A stretch of 64,000 nt of DNA from Octopus bimaculoides (Eukaryota). How positions within the stretch are numbered: position 1 is the stretch's first letter; each line of letters begins with the position of its first letter. The notes beneath the pieces are model-generated. The model saw only the letters and a program-made list of their open reading frames with translations, made no database searches and had not been told where the DNA came from. The position numbers and the translations under genes are program-made. Of the stretch, positions 13,177 to 26,564 are shown piece after piece. Where the stretch lies: the NCBI RefSeq assembly GCF_001194135.2, contig NC_069005.1:15687797-15751796 (forward strand). The letters run 5' to 3'.

Positions 13177-14025
13177 CATTATTATTATTATTTAAGGCAG
13201 GGAGCTGGCAAAACTGTTAGCATTCCAGGCAAAATGATTAGCAGTATTTTGTCAATCTTTACATTCTTCATTCATATTCCGCTGAGGCCGACTTTGCTAT
13301 TTATCCCTTTATCTTTTTTGTCAATAAAGATATGAGATTTGAATTCAGAAAAAAAAAAGAGAAGAAATACTGGGAAAGCATTTTGTTCAAAACACAACCA
13401 ATTCTGCCATTGCACCATATCAACAACAAAGCAACATATCTAGGTAGACAAGAAACATTTGATNNNNNNNNNNNNNNNNNNNNNNNNNNNNNNNNNNNNN
13501 NNNNNNNNNNNNNNNNNNNNNNNNNNNNNNNNNNNNNNNNNNNNNNNNNNNNTATATAAGAAATAATTGAGATTCACTTGAATTAGGTACTTAATTTGAA
13601 GCATCAAGTCAGTCCAGTATTATCCGCACAGCTTGTAAGGTGAATAAAATCAAAATAATGTGTCCTATTTCTTAAAATTCCATTTACTTATTTGTGCAGC
13701 TGAAGATGGCACTACATTTAAATTGATGTAATGATTGCATTATTCAATTAAATGGAGTTGCTTGAAATGGTTGTACTGCATCACTACTTGATAACCTGTT
13801 GCTTATTTTGATTTTACAGCATGGATAATGGACGTTAAATGATGATGATGATATATATGTATCTATATATACATGTACCTATACACACACACACACACAT
13901 ATATATATATAAGTATATATATATATGTATGTATGCCTATATATATATGTACATATGTGTATATGTACCTATATGTACATATGTGTATATGTACCTATAT
14001 GTATGTGTGTGTATCTGATATATAA

Positions 14026-14330
14026 ATGACAATTTCTGTCTGACTGTCCATCTGTCACTATCTTGCTGGCCAAACCAGGGAACCAATCCTCACCAAACTT
14101 TGTAACATCCAGTTCAATTATAGCTAAATGGATTTTAATAAAAATTGATAATGGACCAACTACAGGGGTGGGCTATTACATGATAAACTGAGAGGGGTGC
14201 AAAAGTGTTAGGTTCAGGGAAATGCGGCATAATGAGGGTAGCTGATATCAGGGAAGGGGAGGAGACAGGAATGGATAGACATACAGGGAATGTGAGAGAC
14301 TGAGAAACGAAAGCAGGTACACTTCAATAT
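14026..14330 (+). mobile_element. Possible non-autonomous Helitron-like repeat
   Basis: 5' TC..TATATAAA..TGTCTGACTGTCCATC and ACCAATCCTCACCAAACTT, resembling Helitron-N 5' ends; 3' CTAG not clearly seen. Confidence 0.3.
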
Positions 14331-14705
14331 ATATAAAAGAGAGAGAGTGTGTGTGTGTGTACACGCATGTGTGTATCTTCCTTATGCATTCCAAAAGTAA
14401 GATGCCGAGTTTGTCGTATGGGGTATCAAAAGATTCAGTAATCTTTTGGCTAACAAATAAATTTTATTTTCATTTACATATTTGCATTACAAAAATTTAA
14501 CATTATAATCTTTCTATAATTCAACTATCCTCAACAACATTTTTTACAACGGCATCACATTTTCTATGAGTGTGTACCTTAAAAAACATCCATTTCTCTA
14601 TAGGTTATGAGGAAATAGTCACTCACTTTCTCTCTCACATGCACAAGTACAAATACAAACAAAAAAGATGCATGTATTTCTATTTATGTACATGTATATG
14701 AAAGA

Positions 14706-14750
<45 letters not shown>

Positions 14751-16363
14751 GTGAGTGCCACTTACAAAAAATACATACATGACAACACACAATTTCACTC
14801 TTTCTCAAGCACATAGATGCATGTCCATTTCACATACATGTACATACACCTTTCACTTTCTGCTCTCACTTCAAAACAAATGTCGCCTTTTCACTTTCTC
14901 CTATCTTTCAGTTTCTGCTCTCTTCAAAGCATAAAGAAATGATAAATTTTTATGGAAATTAACGAACAATCACATGATCCCATATGATCAACCATATGAT
15001 CGAGATGACAACTTTGCTGCTTCAAATGAAGGAATGCCATAAAATAACTTCTTTTCACACACACACACACACTCTGAAGTTAAAATTTCTCTATGAGTTA
15101 TGTTATTTCTTGCTATGTGTACACACAAAATTATAGCTCAAATCCAACTGAAATCATCTTTTTCTATTCTGTAATTCATGTTTGCAATGGGTGTATTTAA
15201 AAACCTGATCCTTGATATTAACTTAAAAGGAAGTTTTCCCAGAAATTCTGTCCTTTACCCATTGTTTCTAGCATGTATGAGGTGACATTTGTGACCTCTG
15301 CACCAATTGTTCTTCCTAAATTTCTTCAAAATACTATATTTTCAATACAGAAGCTTAGGATTTTGCCCAAAAAACATGTTCTCAAAAATTTAATTTTCTC
15401 CTTCCCCATCTCAATTTCTTCATTTTTTTCAAATATTGTCCTTGGTAATCCATGGAGAAAAAACCAGAGAGTCCAAATCTTTAAGAATTTTCTTCTTTCT
15501 TTTTTTCTTAAAGAAACACTAAAATCTCCTTCCCAAACATCCACTTTCAAAAAGCTACAAACTCCCAATGTTTCACTTAACTTTTTGGAAAGTGAGAAAG
15601 TTTCTGCAGAAATAATGTCATTTACCTGTTGTTTCTAGCATGTCGGCTTTTCTGGTGGTACTCTAATATTTTTTAACTCTGCTATTTCAGTACAATTCTA
15701 CGCATGCGTGAAACATCATACGAAAGCGAAACATTGGGTGATTTTAACTTTTTGAAAGGGAGTAGGTAATGGGTGGGTGAGGTGAGAGTGTTNNNNNNNN
15801 NNTTCTAGCATGTCGGCTTTTCTGGTGGTACTCTAATATTTTTTAACTCTGCTATTTCAGTACAATTCTACGCATGCGTGAAACATCATACGAAAGCGAA
15901 ACATTGGGTGATTTTAACTTTTTGAAAGGGAGTAGGTAATGGGTGGGTGAGGTGAGAGTGTTTCTTTAAGAAAAATTAAACTTTAAAGGGAAATATATTT
16001 CCCAGATTGGATGAAAAAAACAATCCGTAAAAAAGTTACAAATTAAGAAATTGTGGTGGAGAAGGGGGGGGGAACTAAAATTTTGAAAACGTGATTTTGG
16101 GGCAAAATCATATTAATCCGCTTTTATATGATGAAATAATACATAGTTTATGATCCTTCTTAAGAACAGAAAGTACTTTCATACAAACCCATGCAAATTG
16201 TACCCCACCTCCTCCACTTTTAAACAAACAAGTTCCATTACACCAATAATCCAGTTCACTATATATCTCAGCTGTGCTGACTCTGCCCATAAGAAAGGAA
16301 CAAATAATACAATGTGGCTGTGGGTTATAACACTCAGGCAATGCCAGGTTGCATTGCTAGTGC

Positions 16364-16364
<1 letters not shown>

Positions 16365-16417
<53 letters not shown>

Positions 16418-16460
16418 CTATATGTGTGTGTATATATATATATATATATATGTACCTATA

Positions 16461-16501
<41 letters not shown>

Positions 16502-16617
16502 CTATATGTGTGTGTGTGTATATATATATATATCTGTATATATATGTGTGTGTGTGTATGTGTGTATGTATGTGTACATACATGTGTATGAGTGTGTGTG
16601 TGTGTGTGCGTGCGCGC

Positions 16618-16654
<37 letters not shown>

Positions 16655-16655
16655 C
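16365..16655. repeat. Compound (TG)/(TA) microsatellite with a higher-order unit TGTACCTATA(TG)n(TA)n
   Basis: Directly visible; unit repeated three times. Confidence 0.93.
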
Positions 16656-16999
16656 CAATAATATTAGGAGATAAAAAAAAAAAGAAAGAAGGGAGAAGGC
16701 AACATGGCAGAACTAAAAATAAATCAAGAGGCATAAAAAGGAATGAAAAGATGAGACTATTAAGTAAAAGCTGGTTAAAGGGAGCCCTGAAATGTGGTTC
16801 ATGCAATGCTAAATGTAATTATCACCTTTGGTAGCCATGGTATCAGAGATAAAGAGATTACATATCCCCATGGTGATATTAGCCATGGAATAAACAATCC
16901 TGCAGGAAAGCTAATGAGAAAGGCTGTGTGTCACTCAACCTGCTAGAAAGAGCAGCAAAATTCTCCCAACCTTGTGTAATGTATGCCATAACATCTTTT

Positions 17000-17380
17000 A
17001 TCTTTCATTTGTTTCAGTCATTGGACCATGGCCATTGGCCATGCTGGGGCATTGACATGAAAGGTTCTAGCTGAACAAATCAACCCCAGTACTTGTTTTT
17101 TTTTTTTAAGTTTGGCACTTATTCCATCAGTTTCTTTTGCTGAACTGCTAGATTTTTTAGAGATGTAAACAAACCAACACCAGCTGTAACGGATAGGGAG
17201 TGGTGACAAACACACACACCTGGTGAGTTTTCTAACAATTTTAATTTACCAAATTCATTCACAAAATATTGGTTGACCCAGGACTATAGTAAAAGACACT
17301 TGCCCAAGGTGCCACACAGTGGGACAGAACCTGAAACCATGCAGTCACAAAATGAGCTTCTTAACCAGAGTGTCATGTCT
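17000..17380 (-). mobile_element. SINE family C
   Basis: Reverse-complement copy. Confidence 0.82.
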
Positions 17381-17649
17381 AACATGTTAGCAAAAAATAA
17401 AACAAAAACAGTGTAGGGCTCAATGGATAAGGTAGTCCTAGATACAGTACATCTGAAGAAGAAAGATAAAAACTTGGTTACAACCAGATTGTCTTTGAGC
17501 TATACCTCAGAATTGTCGAAGTATGGAATAAACTACCTGAGTCCCATATTAGCTATCCTAACACTACACCCTTCAAATATTCCATGCTCCCCAAAATTCA
17601 CCAACTCTAAGCAGCCTTTCCTTATTGTGGCCCTTTTACAGCTAACTTT

Positions 17650-17984
17650 TCCCCTTCAGTCATGAATGACCATGGGCCTGCACTTAGAAATTTCCTCTCT
17701 GATGCACAAGTCTGGGCAAGGTTGTTTGTGGAAGGCCAGCAGTGGCCCATGCATAGCAGCCCCCCCCCCCCTCCATGCCACTGATGTTATCCAAGGGAAA
17801 GGCAAAGATCAATACAACTTGGTACCAGCGACGATGCAACTCATTTTTACAGCTGAGCGAACTGGAGCAACATGAAATAAAGTGTCTTGCTCAAGAACAC
17901 AACACACAGCTCAGTCTGGAAATTGAACTCACTACCTCATGATTGTGATCCCGATGCTCTAACCACTGAGCCATGACCCTTCAC
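17650..17984 (-). mobile_element. SINE family A
   Basis: Reverse-complement full copy. Confidence 0.85.
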
Positions 17985-18370
17985 TCTGTTAAATGTAATA
18001 TTTATTTATTCACATTGTTTTGATTTAATGATTCATTATCTTGTAGCTTTGAAATTTCAATGATGTGATTGTTTAGTTTTAGAATGGCATTGTAGGGTAG
18101 GTGTGAGAGGCCAGATCTTGATGGTTTGAACATAAAGCAGGTAGAATATTTAGATTGGATATGGCCAGTTAAAATACTGAAAGGTTAATGGTATCAATGT
18201 TAAAAGAGTTGTTTTTGTTTTAAGTTTCCAAAGTTAGATCTTGTAAGTGGAGTGTTCTGGAACTTGGTAGAAAGACTGGGCAAAATGAATATTTTGCAAG
18301 GTTGAAAAGAGAATGAAAACAATGAGAACAATAGAAGAAAATCAGTAAAGTAAATGAAAGGAGTTTAGAT

Positions 18371-18618
18371 CAGTGGTTCACAACCTGGGTCCATATAAGA
18401 TTTTGTGGTTAAAATTTATGTGCAATAAATTAGTTTTAATTCTACAATACACAAAATATTTTTAAAAAAATGTTTTTATGGCCATTTCTAATAATATCTA
18501 ATTATAAAAATACAGTAAGATTTTTCTTTATATAGATTGAATGGCTATGGAGGGTCCAGTAGAATAAAATAGGAACCAAAGGGATTCAGAGGTATAAAAA
18601 AAAAATTTAGAACTGCTA
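18371..18618. mobile_element. hAT-Charlie-type MITE (same family, opposite orientation)
   Basis: Starts CAGTGGTTCACAAC; perfect 8-bp TSD GTTTAGAT; interior is the reverse complement of 2002-2242. Confidence 0.78.
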
Positions 18619-18882
18619 GTTTAGATAAAGTGTAGAATAACAAGTTCAAAAGGAGTAAAGAACTGCAGTGTGGGCCAAAGTCACTCAGAGAAAGTTTGGG
18701 TCACCACCATCAGAAAGAAGGGAGAGAGGGGAAAGAGAGAGAGAGAGAGAGAGAGAGAAAGAAAGAGAGAGAGAGAGAGACTGGTGTTGTAATCCAGTTC
18801 AGTGTCCATCTACTTGAAATACAATTTCTCTGTGTAGCAACAATCAAATTTTCCCTTAATGATCGCTCTACAGTATTTAAGT

Positions 18883-19204
18883 GGAGGCACATGGTTCAGT
18901 GGTTAGAGTGTTGGGCTCACAATCATGAGGTAGTGAGTTTGATTCCCGGACTGGGCTGTGTATTGTGTTCTTGAGCAAGACACTTTATTTTACATTGCTC
19001 CAGTTCATTCAGCTGTAGAAATGGTTGTGATGCCAAGCTGTATCAGCCTTTGCCTTTCCCTTGGATAACATTGGCGGCTCAGAGATGGGAGGCTGGTATG
19101 CATGGGCAACTGCTGGTCTTCCATAAACAACCTTGCCTGGACTTGTACCTCAGAAGGAAACTTTCTAGGTGCAATCCCATGGTCATTCATGACCGAAGGG
19201 GGTC
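18883..19204 (+). mobile_element. SINE family A
   Basis: Full copy. Confidence 0.87.
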
Positions 19205-19554
19205 ATTACCCTATAATAACAAATGTAAAGACAAGTGGACTAATAGTGATGTGGTCATTCATGACCAAAGTGGGGTCTTTACCTGTTACAGTACTTAAAA
19301 TGTTGTTCCTCCACTCCCCATGATGTCAACTCCAGCCATTCCAACCATGACCATCTTGTTTTATTTTTATATTTTTCTAAACATATCTTATAGGTTTTTT
19401 TACTTTTGTTGGTTTTTCTTTTGCAGGATACATTTGACTGCTAGTTCTAGCAAGCCAAGCAATTAAATAGAGACCTCCTTCACAAATATGGTTTTGCAAT
19501 GTAGTTAGCCATGGCACAAAGCATAAAATAACTATTTTTGAAGAAGTAAGGTGA

Positions 19555-19840
19555 GGGTGTGTCTGTGTGGTAAGAAGCTTGCTTCCCCACCACATGGTTC
19601 TAGGTTCAGTTCCACTGCATGGCACCTTGGCTAAGTGTCTTCTTCTATAACCAAAGCCTTTGAGCCTGCGTGTGCATTTAGTAGAAAGAAACTGAAAGAA
19701 GGCAGTCATATCTATATGTGTGTGTGTGTTTTGTGTCTGTTTGTGCACCACCACCACCACTCGACAACCAGTGTTGGTGAGTTTGCATCCCCGTAATTTA
19801 GTGGTTTGGCAAAATAGACTAACAGAATAAGTACCAGACT
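19555..19840 (+). mobile_element. SINE family C
   Basis: Forward copy, 3' truncated. Confidence 0.8.
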
Positions 19841-20264
19841 AGGTGGGGGGGGGGGCGGAGCATTAAGGAAAAGGAGAAGAGATATGGAGAGAATGGACCA
19901 AAAATTTGACATTTTAATAATAGCAGAGATGTTAAAGCATCAAACTATATTTCTTCCAGTAGTTTGGTAAAATTCACATGGCTTAGTTGTTAGGGTTTTT
20001 GGTTCATGATTATAAGGTTCTGAGTTCAATTCCTGGCAGCGCATTCTGTTCTTAAGCAAGATTTGTGCTTAAGAAGATCATGCTTAAGCAAGATTCATGC
20101 TGCATCTCCCCAAGAACTATGTTAAGGGTATGCGTGTCTGTGGAATGTTCAGCCACTTGCATGTTAATTTCAGGCTGTTCCATAGGTCAAATGAAGTGGA
20201 ATCGTTGTTGTCGTAACCAATAGAGTACCAGTTGTAAGTTGTTACAATTAATACTACAATAGGC

Positions 20265-20604
20265 ATAGGTATGGCTGTTTGGTAAGAAGTTTGCTTCCCA
20301 ACCACATGGTTTCAGGCTCTGTCCTACAGTGTGACGCCTTGAGAGAGTGGCCCTGGGCCAACCAAATCCTTGTGTGTGGATCTGGTAGACAGAAAGAAGT
20401 TCATCATGTGTGCGTGTGTACCTTTTACTTATTTCAGTCATTAGACTGCAGCCATGTTGGAGCACTACCTGGTATTTATTTTACCGATCTCTTTTGCTGA
20501 ACTGGTAAGTAAACGCACCAGCACAGTTGTCAAGTGGTGATTTGGGACAAATACAGACACAAAGACACACACACATAGACGTTTGTATATATATATATAA
20601 ATGC

Positions 20605-20660
<56 letters not shown>

Positions 20661-20820
20661 GCATAACAAGCTTCTTTCAGTTTCCATCTACCAAATCCAC
20701 TCACAAGGCTTTGGTTGGCTCAAGGCTTTAATAGAAGACACTCACCTAAGGTGCCATGCAGTGGGCTTGAACCTTGAACCATGTGGTTGGGAAGCAAACC
20801 TCTTACCACACAGCCATGCC
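20265..20820. mobile_element. Two SINE family C copies, tail-to-tail (20265-20420 +, 20425-20820 -)
   Basis: Family C motifs on both strands. Confidence 0.8.
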
Positions 20821-20854
20821 AAATATATATATATATTTGTATGTGTGTGTGTAT

Positions 20855-21048
20855 TAAGGATACCCTAGGTGTCATGTTAAGAAAAATATCTTAATATCTC
20901 GTCAATTTTTCAAGCTGATCACATGGAGGAACGGTGTTTGTCTTCATTTTGGTTGAAAACACAAAATGTCTCATGAAATGTCTCGGGAGTTGAAAAATTG
21001 TTAAGATAGTAAGATATTTTCCTTAACATAAAACCAATGGTAGCCTTA
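20855..21048. mobile_element. Fold-back MITE with long imperfect TIRs
   Basis: TAAGGATACC/GGTAGCCTTA outer ends plus ~40-bp ATGTTAAGAAAAATATCTT..CAATTTTTCAA inverted arms; partial copy at 40365-40500. Confidence 0.65.
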
Positions 21049-21094
21049 CTACGCGATTAAGAAACTTTATCCACCAATGTAGCGATGAGCACTC

Positions 21095-21485
21095 ATTTAC
21101 TTGTTTCAGTCATTTGACTATGGCCATGCTGGAGCACCGCTTTTAGTCGAGCAAATCGACCCCAGGACTTATTCTTTGTAAGCCTAGTACTTATTATATC
21201 GATCTATTTTTACTGAACCGCTAAGTTACAGGGACGTAAACACACCAGCATCAGTTGTCAAGTGATGGTGGGGGGGACAAGCACAGACACACAAACATAT
21301 ACACACACATACATATATACGACAGACTTCTTTCAGTTTCCATCTACCAAATCTACTCACAAGGCTTTGGTTGGCCCGAGGCTATAGTAGAAGACACTTG
21401 CCCAAGGTGCCACGCAGTGGGACTGAACCCGGAACCATGTGGTTGGTAAGCAAGCTACTTACCACACAGCCACTCCTGCACCTAC
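21095..21485 (-). mobile_element. SINE family C, CpG-retaining (young) copy
   Basis: Near-consensus sequence with many intact CpGs. Confidence 0.9.
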
Positions 21486-21501
21486 ACATATATATATATA
21501 C

Positions 21502-21557
<56 letters not shown>

Positions 21558-21996
21558 ATATGCATACACACACACATATGTATATACATCTATGTATGCT
21601 TGTGTTTGTCTTCCACCATCACTTGACAACTGGTGTCAGTTAGTTTACATCTCTGTAACCAAGCAGTTCAGCAAAAAGAAACTGATAGAACAAGTGTCTT
21701 GCTGAAAAGAAAAAGAAAGTACTGCGGTCAATTTGCATGAGTAAACCCTTAAAGGCAGTGCCCCAGCCTGATTGCAGTTCAAAACTAACATAAAAGATAT
21801 ATTAAAATACTAACTCCACTTGATACACAAAAGTCTCTGAGTGAAAGATTACAATGCTGTGAATTTGGCATATTCCATTAGGCACACAAGAGAGAAGGAC
21901 ATAATTTCATATAGAATCTGCTGTCATGGCAGAAATCCAATACTGGTAGAAAGACAAATGAGTAGTAAATTTATAAGGTATGCATATAATGAAAGC

Positions 21997-22031
<35 letters not shown>

Positions 22032-22493
22032 NNNNNNNNNNNNNNNNNNNNNNNNNNNNNNNNNNNNNNNNNNNNNNAAAAAGGTAGGTGTGGGTGTAAT
22101 AAAAGCAAAAGCTAATTAGAAATACAAATATGAATAGAGAGATAAAATAAGTACAAGAATGAAATATATACCGAGGTTAGCATGATTGATAAAAAATTTT
22201 GATGGAGATGACCCAACATGGCAATAGACTACTTTCAGACACCATCATCATCATTTAATGTCTGCTTTTCATGCTGGCATAGGTTGGAGAGTTTAACCAG
22301 AGCTGAAAAGGCCAAAGACCACACCAGGCTGCATTGTCTGTTTTTGGCATAGTTTCTATGGTTTGATGCCCTTCATAATGCCAACCACTCTGCAGTGTAC
22401 TGGGTGCTTTTTATGTGATGCTAGCACCAGTGCTTTTAATGTGATACCAGTACAAACATGGAACCAGAACCAACAGAAGAATAATCCCTACAG

Positions 22494-22636
22494 CAGGCAT
22501 GGGCAACCTTTTTTGTGAAGTGGGCCAATGAAACATGGGGTCACCATCAGGCAGGCTGCAGTACTAAGAAACTTCAAGGCAATTTTTTTGTTGGGCCATT
22601 CATAAAGTCCTGCAGGCTACAGTTTGCTCATAATTG
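22494..22636. mobile_element. Small hAT MITE
   Basis: CAGGCATGGGCAA with degenerate right TIR TTGCTCATAATTG; 8-bp TSD CCCTACAG / CCCTACAA. Confidence 0.62.
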
Positions 22637-23286
22637 CCCTACAAGATGATACTTTATAATTTAATCTGTGTATCCTGGTTTTAAAATAGGTACACCACAT
22701 TCCTGTGTATCATAATAGCCAATTAGAAGGGTTGCCAACAGCAAGGGCATCCAACAACCTCAGAAAACCCATGTACCCATACAAGCATGGTGTGGCTCTG
22801 TGGTTAAATAGTTTGTTTCTCAACCATATGGTTCTAGGTTCAGTACCATTGCATGACACCTTTTGAGGAAGAGTTGTCTACGGTAGGCCTGGGCCAAAAC
22901 CAAAGCCTTGCGAGTAGATTAGATTTTGTAGACAGAAACTGAAAGAAGCCCATCATATATGACAAGATTCAGTTGAATAAGGTACTTAAAGGTGAGGAAC
23001 CTAGTTAGGTTGGAATAAAATGAACATACAACAATTAAGGATGAATACCAACCTCGGTACAGAAGTACTGGCAGAATGATATTTGGGTCATGTGTGCAGT
23101 TAATTGGACCCAACTGCCTTTGAGCTATTCAGACATGTACATTTTATTAAATATACAGTCCACGATATGCTTTGGAATATGCAAAGGGCAGGTTCCAAGA
23201 GAGGTTAATTAAAAATAAATAAGTAACAATTGAGGGACAGGTGTCAGTTCAGGTGTAATGAACAGACACCTGTTCATGAATTGCTA

Positions 23287-23333
<47 letters not shown>

Positions 23334-23376
23334 GCTGAGCCAAAAGTCATGCACCAAAAACCGTTGACATTTATAC

Positions 23377-23407
<31 letters not shown>

Positions 23408-23409
23408 AT

Positions 23410-23870
23410 TATTAAGACAGTGAACCAGCAGAATCGTTAGTACACTGAGTGAAATGACTTAGCAGCATTTCTTCCATCTTCACGCTCTGAGTTCAAATTC
23501 CACTGAGGTTGACTTTGCCTTTAATCCTTTCGGAGGTTGATAAATTAAGTACCAGTGAAACACTGGGTTAATGTAATCGACTAGCCCCCTCCCCAACAAT
23601 TTCAGCCCTTGTGCCTATAGTAGAAAGCATCATTATTATTATTATTATACAAGGTGGTGAGCTGGCAGAATTATTAGCATATCAAGCAAAACGCTTCGCA
23701 GCATTTCGCCCATCACTATGTTCTGAGTTCAAATTCTGCTGAGGTTGATTTTACCTTTCATGGGGTCGATGTAACTGAGGTTGATTTTGCCTTTCATGGG
23801 GTTGATGTAACTGACTCATCCCTTTTCTCAAAATTACTGCCCTTGTGGAAAGTTTTGAAACCATTATTAT
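23410..23870 (+). mobile_element. Two tandem SINE family B copies
   Basis: GAGCTGGCAGAAT..TTCTGAGTTCAAATTC..CCTTGTG with (ATT)n tails. Confidence 0.83.
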
Positions 23871-24714
23871 TATTATTTTGTTTTTCAGGTACATGTGCAT
23901 TCATCACTATTTTAGAATAATTGAAGCATGTCTGACAATCCTGGAGTGTATTGAGTGTCTCTTGGTGTGACTTTTGTCACCCCCACCCCACCCCATGTGT
24001 GCATGCACATGTGTGTTTGTGTATCTTTATGTTTATTTTCCATCATTGCTTGACAACTAGTGTTAGTTTGTTTACATCTTTGTAACTTAGTGGTTCAGCA
24101 AAAAGAGTTGATAGAATGAGTACCAGACCTAAAAAAATGTAAGTACACGAGTTGAGCTGTTTGACTAAACCCTTCCAGGTAGTGCCCCAGCATGGCCATA
24201 GTCTAATGACTGGAACAAGTAAGAGATAAAAACTGGTAAAAACTGATGTAAGCCATGAAACTGATGGTGATGATGATGATATTCAGTGATGAAGAAATTA
24301 AAAGAATGGTACATGAAAATCTGCTGAAGCTGAATAAAGAAAACAACTTTTTTTGCTAGAAGGCAAACTTAAAGAGATAACGATTGCCGAGCCATTGAAT
24401 AATTGCAATTAAATGAAATTAAATAACGATCATTATTATTAAATGAAACCAACAAGCTGTTAGGTCAGCGAGAATATTAACCCAGAATAACAGAAACAAA
24501 GACCAAACTTTAATGCATTAACTGGGGTCTGTTTGTGTAGAAGGTGACCTGGAACTCACACACCAACAGAGAGGGTTACAGGACCAGAGACACAGGATTG
24601 TTTCCACCACGGGGAGAGGGGGGAGGAAGGAATGAAGGAATGAGAGTAAGAAGGAAAGAAGAAAGGAAAAAGAGAGAAAGAAAAACAAAAACAAAAACAA
24701 AGAAATAAAAATAG

Positions 24715-24893
24715 AGACAGACAGATAGATAGATAGATAAATAGATATAAAGATAGAGAGACAGACAGCTAGATAAATAGATATAAAGATAGATAGATAG
24801 ATAGACAGACAGATAGATATAAAGATAGATAGATAGATAAAATAGATAGATAGATATAAAGATAGACAGACAGACAGATAGATAGATAGATAG

Positions 24894-24968
<75 letters not shown>

Positions 24969-25023
24969 TAGATAGATAGATAGATAGACATAAAGATAGA
25001 TATAAAGATAGATAGATAGATAA

Positions 25024-25056
<33 letters not shown>

Positions 25057-25057
25057 C

Positions 25058-25096
<39 letters not shown>

Positions 25097-25102
25097 CAGG
25101 AC

Positions 25103-25149
<47 letters not shown>

Positions 25150-25275
25150 AGGATATAGATAGGTAGATATAGATAGATTGATATATAGATAAAGACAGAT
25201 AAAGATAGACAGATACATAAATATATAAAAACAGATAAAGACAAAAAAAACAGATGGATAGATAGATTGATAGAT
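24715..25275. repeat. (GATA)n array with a central (TA)n
   Basis: Directly visible. Confidence 0.95.
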
Positions 25276-25284
25276 AAAATATTG

Positions 25285-25500
25285 GTTTCAAATTTTGGCA
25301 CAAAGCCAACAATTTAGTGGGATGGAGTAAGTCGATTACATTGTCCCCAGTGTTCAACTGGTACTTATTTTATCAACCTCGAAAGGATGAAAAGCTAAGT
25401 TGACCCCTGTGAAATTTGAACCCAGAACATAAAGATGGATGAAATACTGCTAAGTATTTTGCCCCGCATGCTAACCATTCAGCCAGCTCACCACCCTCCA
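25285..25500 (-). mobile_element. SINE family B
   Basis: Reverse-complement full copy. Confidence 0.82.
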
Positions 25501-25634
25501 GATAGACAGAGTATTGGTAAGTCCAATCTCAATACTAGGCAGTGTGTTATGAATAATGGGAAAGGTCTGCTGCCATTCTGAGTTGCATAAACAGTATAAT
25601 GAATAGAAAACAGTGAGTGAAGATGGAGAGATAA

Positions 25635-25720
<86 letters not shown>
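25635..25720. repeat. (CA)n microsatellite
   Basis: Directly visible. Confidence 0.97.
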
Positions 25721-26099
25721 ACACCTTGAAATCTCATATCAACACAAGGCTGAAATAGTTATAAAAGTAGAAGTATAATTGATTAAATTTAGGGCTGGTT
25801 GACATAAATATTGAATGTTGAATAAAGAATAAAGACTAGCATATGTAATGGATCTTTTATTTGTATTCTTTCATTTGTTTCAGTCATTAGACTGCTGCCA
25901 TGCTGGAGCACCATCTTCAAGAATCTTTAGTCGAATGTACCGACCAAGTACTTAACCTTTTTTAGAGCCTAGTACTCGTTCTATTGGTGTCTATTGCTGA
26001 ACTGCTACGATACGAGGACATATACACATCAATGCTAGGTGTCAAGTGGTGACGGGGGACAAATATAAACAGAAAGACACACACAGAGATACATACATA

Positions 26100-26450
26100 T
26101 ATCATCATCATTTAATGTCCATTGTCCATGCTGGCATGGGGTGGACGGTTTGACCTGAGCTGGTAAGCTGGAATGCGGCACCAGATTCCGGTCTGATTTG
26201 GCATGGATTTCTATGGCTGGATGCGCTTCCTAACGCCAACCACTCTGAAAGTGTAATGGCTGCTTTTATGTGCCATCAACATGGGTGCGATTTGCGTAAT
26301 ACCAGAATCTGCCACAACTGCAATTTTGCTTGGTTTGATGGGTCTTCTGCTCAAGCATGACATAATGCCAAAGGTCTTGGTCATTGCCTCTGTGAGGCCC
26401 AACACTTAAAAGGAACTCAGCCACTTTGCCTGTATGTAGCTCAACGCATG
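26100..26450 (-). mobile_element. SINE family D
   Basis: Longest copy in the window. Confidence 0.8.
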
Positions 26451-26564
26451 AAAAGTGTTCTTTACATCTTCTTAGGGCATCAATGGAAGTGGGGTACCAC
26501 CACGGACATGGTAAATGGTTTATAGCACAAAAGAAATCACTTTAAACTTGCTTAAATAAACATT

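Noticed and set aside
15635-15961. ~158-bp perfect direct repeat
   Set aside because: The identical copies flank a 10-N gap (15793-15802): an unmerged contig overlap, i.e. an assembly artefact.
15060-16135. Possible minus-strand Helitron-like element (starts TCATATAAAAGCGG)
   Set aside because: Only the 5' end is suggestive; the 3' hairpin/CTAG terminus could not be located and the region includes an assembly duplication.
24518-25357. 279-aa ORF and the many other IYIY/CVCV/HTHT/poly-X ORFs
   Set aside because: Translations of microsatellites or N-gaps; no coding signal.
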